From positions 1,229,109 to 1,293,108 of the forward strand of contig ML992506.1 of NCBI GenBank assembly GCA_010093995.1: a stretch of DNA of 64,000 nucleotides, given 5' to 3'. The notes beneath the pieces were generated by a model. The model ran no database searches. It worked only from the letters and a program-made list of their open reading frames with translations, and was not told the DNA's origin. Each line of letters starts with the position of its first letter. The first letter of the stretch is position 1. Position numbers and translations under genes: made by a program. Positions 60,601 to 64,000 of this stretch are shown piece after piece. The stretch is from Elsinoe ampelina (taxonomy: Eukaryota).

Positions 60601-62806
60601 TCAGAGAGTCGCTTGCTGAGATGAACAGCTTCCATAGAAACACGAAGGGAGATTGCAGACTGTTCTGGTTCTTTGACAAGCGAATAGATGGCGTTGGCGC
60701 AGGCTCTGCTCTTTCTGATTGATCAATCGCAATATTGTCCTGGAGAAAAGCCAGCGGTCCAAATGCGTCAATTGCTGCCAGAACCATGTCCCCGAATCTT
60801 GTGATGAAAGCCACCGGGGAGTTCCCCTTGACCCATCGATGTGAAGTCGACCACAGCTTTGCAAAGAAGTTCATCAGGTGAGCAAGAGCCACGCGTGTTT
60901 CCATCGAAGCTCTCACTTCTTGAGCGCTGGCTTCAGCGATGCCGGAGACTAAAGAAGTCCAGGAACTTTGGTAGGCGCTCGACTGCTCCAAGGGTATGCA
61001 TAAAGAGGCTCCAAAATGGGACTCCAGAGTCTCCAGAATCTTGTGCGAGCGCGATCTGAGCCATTGCACATCCAATCTACACAACTCATCGGGATCGACT
61101 GGTTCCTGAAGTAGAGCCCTGTCGGCGGACCATGCCCTCGAAGGGCCGTTGAAGAGAGCCTTGAGCATCCTGTTGGCGTACCGCCCATCCATTCCACCAT
61201 ATTTGAGCATCTTTGGAACAAGGTCCTTCACGTAGAAGTCCCAAAAGAAATCCAGGCGGTCGAATGGCAGAGTAGGTCGCAGCGCATAGTAGAGAAGATT
61301 TGTGTAGCCAGCTAAGGTGGCCTTTCGTGAACCAGGTCCGGCTTTGTCGGATGCCGCCTTAGCGTCCAGCGCCACAGCGAACGGTATCTTCAACATATTG
61401 AGAAGCCTCTCTGGAGGGTTGATTGGTGCATAATCGAGTCCAGTGACGAAAACTAGACGGTTCCATGCGATCAAGGCTTGGTACTTTGTCTGAGCATCGG
61501 CAGAGTTGAGACATCGTTGGACGACGAGCAGCCAATTCTTCAGCACTCGCCATTGACTGATTGGATATCTCTTGTTCCTGAAGAACATGATGACCACTGA
61601 CCATACCTGTGGCGCGTAGATGCTTTGTGCTCTATTAGTGGCCATATCGGTCAATCGCGCGACAAAATACTCTCCAAAAAAGCCATCGTTGTCGGTCTCG
61701 GAAGCGAAGAGGTCGACAACGTATTTCGTCGCTGTGAAATGAGTCCCGAGAACCAGACCGGCCTCCATGCCGCATTGTATAGCTCGCTTGCATATATCCT
61801 CGTTGCTGCTCAGACATCCATGGAATACGTGCTCGACCCAATCGCTCATCCTCAACAGCATAATTTGAGGAATTTGAATGATCAATCTTTGGTACACGGC
61901 GAGTCGGGCGGCGACCACGCTATTCCCTGAGATTCGCTGATGTATCGTCGACAATTGAGAGACCAGCATGTCCCCTTTCTGTTGGTTCAGACCTTTTGCC
62001 CGGAACTCCGGTGTTGCAAGGAGATACAAGAAGCGATTTGCCACGGCTTTGTTCACCGGCTCCTGTCCGAAGGTGCTTAAAGCAAGGTCGAGCAAAGCCA
62101 TACGTGAGTCGGCGCTGACATCTGATGTGAGGTTTGGTTTTGAGAACAGCACATTGACGAGATTGAGGGCTTGTGTCTGTATGTTTTTGCTCTGAGGACT
62201 TGTTGTTTCTGCCTTGAGATCTCTGATAGCGTATTGCAGGATTCGAGGGACTTTTTCTCGAAGTTCTGCCTCACCAGGAAAGTCGTCATGAGCCTTGAGC
62301 GCATTGTTCAAGGTCATATATCCATCCAATCGTAGCATGGGATCCTGGGTGCCCAAAGCTTGTACCACAGAGGTCAACATCTTGGGGATGCTCAGAGGTT
62401 CTTTGGGGGAGAAATAACCCCGCCCTGGCGAGCTGCCCTCTTCCGGTGTAGGTGTGGAACAGAAGCCAGGCTTCAATATTGACCTCAGAGGTTTTGCGTC
62501 TCTTATATGTGGTAGTGGCCTGAGCTGTGCTGAGTCCTTCTTTGGAGACGGTCCCTCATGTTGCAAGGTATAGGCTTTGAATTCGACCTTCTTCGTTTGC
62601 CGCGATGAAGAAGTTGTAGTAGATGGGGAGGACTTTGGGGGTGTCTCAATCCCGGTCGTGTCGCATACAAAGGTCGAGGACGGTTTGTCGAGTGAGTAAT
62701 CCACGGTGAGGAAGCTCAGCGCGTCGTCAATGTCGGAAGTATTATCTCGAGGAGGAGTTGGAGGTCGAAGGTCGCAGCCAGAAACGCCAGAAGATGCAAT
62801 CGTCAT
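57608..62806 (-). CDS. RIF1: Rap1-interacting factor 1 (telomere length / replication timing regulator)
   Basis: 1732-aa ORF; RPPTPPR, PP1-docking KKVEF and RSILK motifs, HEAT-like Rif1_N region, LRHDNSQIEF / LTEHQREVKERQ motif and acidic disordered tail. Confidence 0.92.
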   Translation of the reverse strand: MTIASSGVSGCDLRPPTPPRDNTSDIDDALSFLTVDYSLDKPSSTFVCDTTGIETPPKSSPSTTTSSSRQTKKVEFKAYTLQHEGPSPKKDSAQLRPLPHIRDAKPLRSILKPGFCSTPTPEEGSSPGRGYFSPKEPLSIPKMLTSVVQALGTQDPMLRLDGYMTLNNALKAHDDFPGEAELREKVPRILQYAIRDLKAETTSPQSKNIQTQALNLVNVLFSKPNLTSDVSADSRMALLDLALSTFGQEPVNKAVANRFLYLLATPEFRAKGLNQQKGDMLVSQLSTIHQRISGNSVVAARLAVYQRLIIQIPQIMLLRMSDWVEHVFHGCLSSNEDICKRAIQCGMEAGLVLGTHFTATKYVVDLFASETDNDGFFGEYFVARLTDMATNRAQSIYAPQVWSVVIMFFRNKRYPISQWRVLKNWLLVVQRCLNSADAQTKYQALIAWNRLVFVTGLDYAPINPPERLLNMLKIPFAVALDAKAASDKAGPGSRKATLAGYTNLLYYALRPTLPFDRLDFFWDFYVKDLVPKMLKYGGMDGRYANRMLKALFNGPSRAWSADRALLQEPVDPDELCRLDVQWLRSRSHKILETLESHFGASLCIPLEQSSAYQSSWTSLVSGIAEASAQEVRASMETRVALAHLMNFFAKLWSTSHRWVKGNSPVAFITRFGDMVLAAIDAFGPLAFLQDNIAIDQSERAEPAPTPSIRLSKNQNSLQSPFVFLWKLFISASDSLNEPTTIAQTANAVLYKVFEGQTSNMSRLILLRQCTIITTSASSPTSDGELRLHMIDLVLATTSNVIRSQGDTSDTQIRLAQLSRVSVAILKACLPFLESEDILASWTRTFESLENHLHRAVGGLAVNLGPIDALAETLKLDKHTVSSTVKLQLASLMLRKFSWISSRQQLEKSWKLFEGSVLDSSRRQGIIDRSPDILDVAEVVCSDLCTSRDLCNAYGTRLLDAVHDCLSQCPQQFLLRTLHQLPSLLKLVRDEDRLLPSGSPLKKLWSMLLASTKALPFDSALLLDLAPVLSAGFATSHSLVVNETISYWNATFGQLSELAYPDQLANVLERVRDHVGLDLPTFPTELAPLDGQPLKLLVLEEGPVSPSQDEMETHSHTHRKKLNSSNMSESLHRRTPSRPKLPAPASQTPKSAAMPPPKLRHDNSQIEFVNVENLPSELTEDGTQGLTEHQREVKERQEEATRMFPQFSSPVPPSATKDIIRDRIAEVRAHDASGARHQTPEIDNEEHGPMDAYLGSSPSQRSAQRAQSRSSQLSSEPAIFMEEPQQEDLVGDLAEVPSSPPELAQEFETAPNDEFLFPEIAATRAAEEDSQIPATQQEPGFDLTSDDVIPPTFPDEIADETSLQDEPANSDLVRSSEFVEAPTELFEAIQDDERDSEESEVSQSEAVVASPIKREQDEDVEVDATKIEDSFVGTSDAGTTLVDPEANEQKAVDMAPVIVSGRGRKRTAPIEQVSSKRQKRGSPIKKLMSWLGGQKNIEKEESDMEDCIVVASQPIPKTPALFAMDDHQPSSQPAANSQPASSTQPSKRARGRPRKSTPAVAQQPARQWKRKSSVMSAHSLDESVISSVGSSPRKTRRTTKLQHTPVPTRSSPRNRLLRKEVSVVVSPRATDGYEPGPEPDDMVGTTPDQHLDDDDDDIITPDSQLLKEAAAARAREERLILTPKSIIGRLRNILVDVKEMGKKFVLGTQEERELNGMLFELGGEIHAAGRRNE

Positions 62807-62941
62807 ATCGTGCTAATAACAAATACAGAAGAGCGTAAAGAGAGGTCTGTCAGCATCCTTGATGTGGTGATCTTAAAGAATGAGCTCAGATTGAAGGTGG
62901 TCGGGATGGTCATTGCACGGGACTCTTTTCGAGGTCGAGAT

Positions 62942-62957
62942 ACGCGCCGGAACGCGT
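62942..62957. promoter_or_regulatory. MCB-like elements (ACGCG, ACGCGT) in the RIF1/RIC8 divergent promoter
   Basis: ACGCGCCGGAACGCGT lies about 140 bp upstream of the RIF1 ATG; MluI boxes are typical of fungal G1/S genes. Confidence 0.5.
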
Positions 62958-63279
62958 TAACGTTCGTGCACCACTTTAACTTTCAATGTCTGGGGAAGTG
63001 GTCATTGCGTACGCCACAAGTGGCGCATTGCATCTGCACCGCCACATGGAGGACCTTCGTTGCTGGAGCGCTGCAACGGCTATCACAAACATCGCTCTGG
63101 GACATGATGACAAATGCAGGACATTAAAGAGGTTCAGTTGTATGATCTTCCTGAATGCACGTGACCAATACGCGCTGCATATATCTCTTCCACCCCTTCA
63201 GTACAGGCGTCAAGCGACCCCTGAACATACAGTAGTCTTCATCTCGAAAAGGAGGCGGTTACCTTTAACATAATCAGTC

Positions 63280-64000
63280 ATGGCTTCGAGTGAGTGGGCA
63301 ATTTGACTTCTGGTGCTCCAAAATCTGACATGACCAGTGCAGGGAGCAGAGAAAGCTAAATCATTACTGTCCACCTTAGCATCAGATCTTCAGGAGAACA
63401 AGCTATCCGACTCAGGTACTGCTCTTACGATTAATACTGCCATGTCAATATCTTGACAAATATAGAACGTACCAAGCTTCTATCCGAGCTCAAGGTCATT
63501 GGCAGGAATCCTGCACAGGCTTCCCCAATATTCGCCAAAGACAGCACTAGTACGTTGTGCAGATATGCATTCGAGACCAGCACTTCATCAGCATCAAGAG
63601 AGGCGATGCGATGCCTCGCAAATGCAATGCTTCTAAATGAGCCTACCAGGCAAACCATTCTTGACCTTGGATGTGCGCCAAAGGCAGCTGAGCGAATGAA
63701 GGTAGCGTCGTCAAGAGTAGACCTCCAGCAGAACACCCAAGCTAATCGTGCTTCAGACTGATGATCGAGACGATGAGTTCCTCACATCAAGGATACTGTT
63801 CTTCTCCACATATACGGCGAAGCTAGACATTCCAACGCTGTTCGAGAAGCATTCACTGGCGGAAAGCATCACATCGGTAAGCACGACACTCTCTCCAAAC
63901 CACACCACCTTGACAAGGAAGCAGAACCTCGAACGAGCAGTCAAGCGACTAGAAGCCGGCACACCATCTACACCCATCACAGACCTTGCTTTCCAAGAAA
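63280..64000 (+). CDS. RIC8: Synembryn / Ric8 G-alpha guanine nucleotide exchange factor, 5' partial, multi-exon
   Basis: LKVIGRNP..PIF..TLCRYAF..SREAMRCLANAMLL..DEFLTSRILFFSTY. Confidence 0.88.

Overview
Eukaryotic fungal DNA from a filamentous ascomycete (Pezizomycotina): short GT-AG introns with CTRAC branch sites and a repeat block mutated by RIP (repeat-induced point mutation). From left to right it holds the 3' end of an ExgD-like GH5 glucanase, lysyl-tRNA synthetase and a Pth11-like membrane protein. Next is an 11.8-kb RIP-mutated nest (7565-19361): a PIF/Harbinger DNA transposon with 15-bp TIRs and a CTA target-site duplication (TSD), containing a half-deleted Ty3/gypsy element, a full-length Ty1/copia element and a ~330-bp foldback. 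Then come five transporter/tailoring genes (MFS, SDR, TPT-family transporter, O-methyltransferase, SDR). The most unusual part is 29.0-54.2 kb, an array of about 13 highly diverged BTB/POZ-domain genes, all on the minus strand. Eleven share a phase-2 intron just before the BTB domain and about 7 are disrupted. The array is interleaved with PEBP, ACH1 and orphan ORFs and is headed by an HNH endonuclease gene that abuts a decapitated BTB gene. The window ends with glucose-6-phosphate 1-epimerase, a second Pth11-like gene, RIF1 and the 5' part of RIC8. All calls come from motif recognition and manual translation; no searches were run.
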